Under the pieces are notes generated by a model, which was given only the letters and a program-made list of their open reading frames with translations, did no database searches and was not told the DNA's origin. Of a DNA stretch of 64,000 nucleotides, positions 63,901 through 64,000 are shown in pieces; position 1 is the first letter of the stretch, and each line of letters starts with the position of its first letter. This DNA comes from a virus: IMG/VR virus record IMGVR_UViG_3300032047_002388, positions 32,001-96,000 of that record. One strand, 5' to 3'. A program made the translations under genes and the position numbers.

Positions 63901-64000
63901 GTCACCCAGTCATAGCATTGAACGCAGATAGTTCAAATGCAGGAACGGGTCAAGACCCATATATTGCAATTGGAGGAATTACTCAATATGCTGCTAACAA
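60918..64000 (+). CDS. large tail-fibre/virion protein, runs off window (>1000 aa)
   Basis: ATG 60918 MAIIKKFSSLENL...; same frame carries collagen-like GQD repeats and a YRG.W...DVV...Y.A...H...W module; absent from ORF track, consistent with no stop inside the window. Confidence 0.8.
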   Translation, partial: MAIIKKFSSLENLSRYGVFLNDTNPNSDYFRITELGENLTGGKNGFLIEGSECLKETTDIKIEILDVNGNPVYFEPGQGIPQYYEGLSKVVGIYVYEDTPIGLGKITILGELKSYFDKNDAGNKLDIPEEWRGVYNVKWERTININKNLANETRVRFYKRPKISIEEISKPIFTKTIPIAIHSGSIEGQAFTPPEGQDYNSYAGGVLYKLIHDGGPLFSSSMDETQLFIEDLNFNPTVKEVLSETELLVDSAYTSSDGTVSGFGPKAYNTSFENNDGVVTVESALTGSFAKIKLTNLKTFVGDVARVKVFRKSRNEAGDFTLVQEQKLESTELLKDITTQTDTELSYGIFNDYNLSNYWITSSNSPVTVNNTQLLNSIKVDYVGSGTQLIYTSESIEVGSDIEYNLSFKTKLSGSASDSKQINAYLSSSEFTQSIVTVSGSNDTLQKFDVNKNIISTNSGSARLVFEVNGDDWYISNVSFRNAEETAFSPDEFTLVQQVPRKLDSEFFDFKFEFYDINNNFIPVEIGTSKEFSGGNLTTTSNVRLLEFETDRTAFRFSSGSLGNPPFQQSRFRVTSNGLTGSITFASAAFDKNGVYIDPSSYGGDYPGGLTSNNVLTLASFSGSDDGVIVGSITYTASIEDKEEIETITRFEDGEPASALIVTSNQNQFFYKATDLSVEPSGQQIQIQAQRKNLASDTTTITVNSGSGKPGLTQGSTVNGITSFTLNASDYSFGTGNTTYEFSGSDEFGSQFVDRISIAPVKKFDGVSLQLTNNNQTFNATSQSAVSSLEQSSGSVTFRIGTELIQFQNGLSSNNRFDIAGITGSGCVPTSTTPSKNEYSLSSFNSDSGSLTINIDYKDGSGDISEFQQIVNYTKAVAGVTGQDGQDGQDGEDGQDGTNGPPGPGVTYRGLWSVLTEYVSSSLRRDVVEGTDGSYYLAKSSHTASNLNQRPVDGGSYTTYWESFGAEFSSVATDILFSQDVYANRTVNIGSSGSGHPVIALNADSSNAGTGQDPYIAIGGITQYAAN
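63552..63632 (+). repeat. collagen-like Gly-X-Y repeat (GGACAAGAT units)
   Basis: GVT GQD GQD GQD GED GQD GTN GPP GPG. Confidence 0.85.

Overview
A 64-kb segment of a large, AT-rich (roughly 30% GC by eye) tailed dsDNA phage genome, most likely a jumbo-type myovirus. A Bacteroidota (Flavobacteriia-like) host is inferred from promoter shape, tRNA-Glu style and a BACON domain. Essentially all genes are on the + strand in the standard code. 1-21 kb is an accessory region packed with tailoring enzymes (glycosyltransferases, sulfotransferases, SGNH-like proteins, 2OG-Fe(II) oxygenases, methyl- and acetyltransferase). It surrounds an unusual 784-aa protein with a circularly permuted ATP-grasp-like N-terminus and three tandem Hint domains. 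21-35 kb carries nucleotide metabolism, repair and host-like genes (5'-nucleotidase, HD protein, Hsp20, UvsE, ThyA, peptide deformylase, lysozyme-like protein, sigma factor, carbamoyltransferase). 35-54 kb is a baseplate/tail module. 55-61 kb has primase and a fused Mre11-Rad50. A large tail-fibre-like ORF runs off the right end. Two recurring promoter motifs are visible: TTG-N19/20-TATATTAG (putative early) and ATATTTATA (putative late). The best candidate for an undescribed system is a phage-encoded post-translational decoration apparatus: the triple-Hint/ATP-grasp protein, tailoring enzymes sharing a short C-terminal tag, and virion proteins enriched in an [S/T]-G-S motif. All family calls come from motif recognition by eye; no searches were run.
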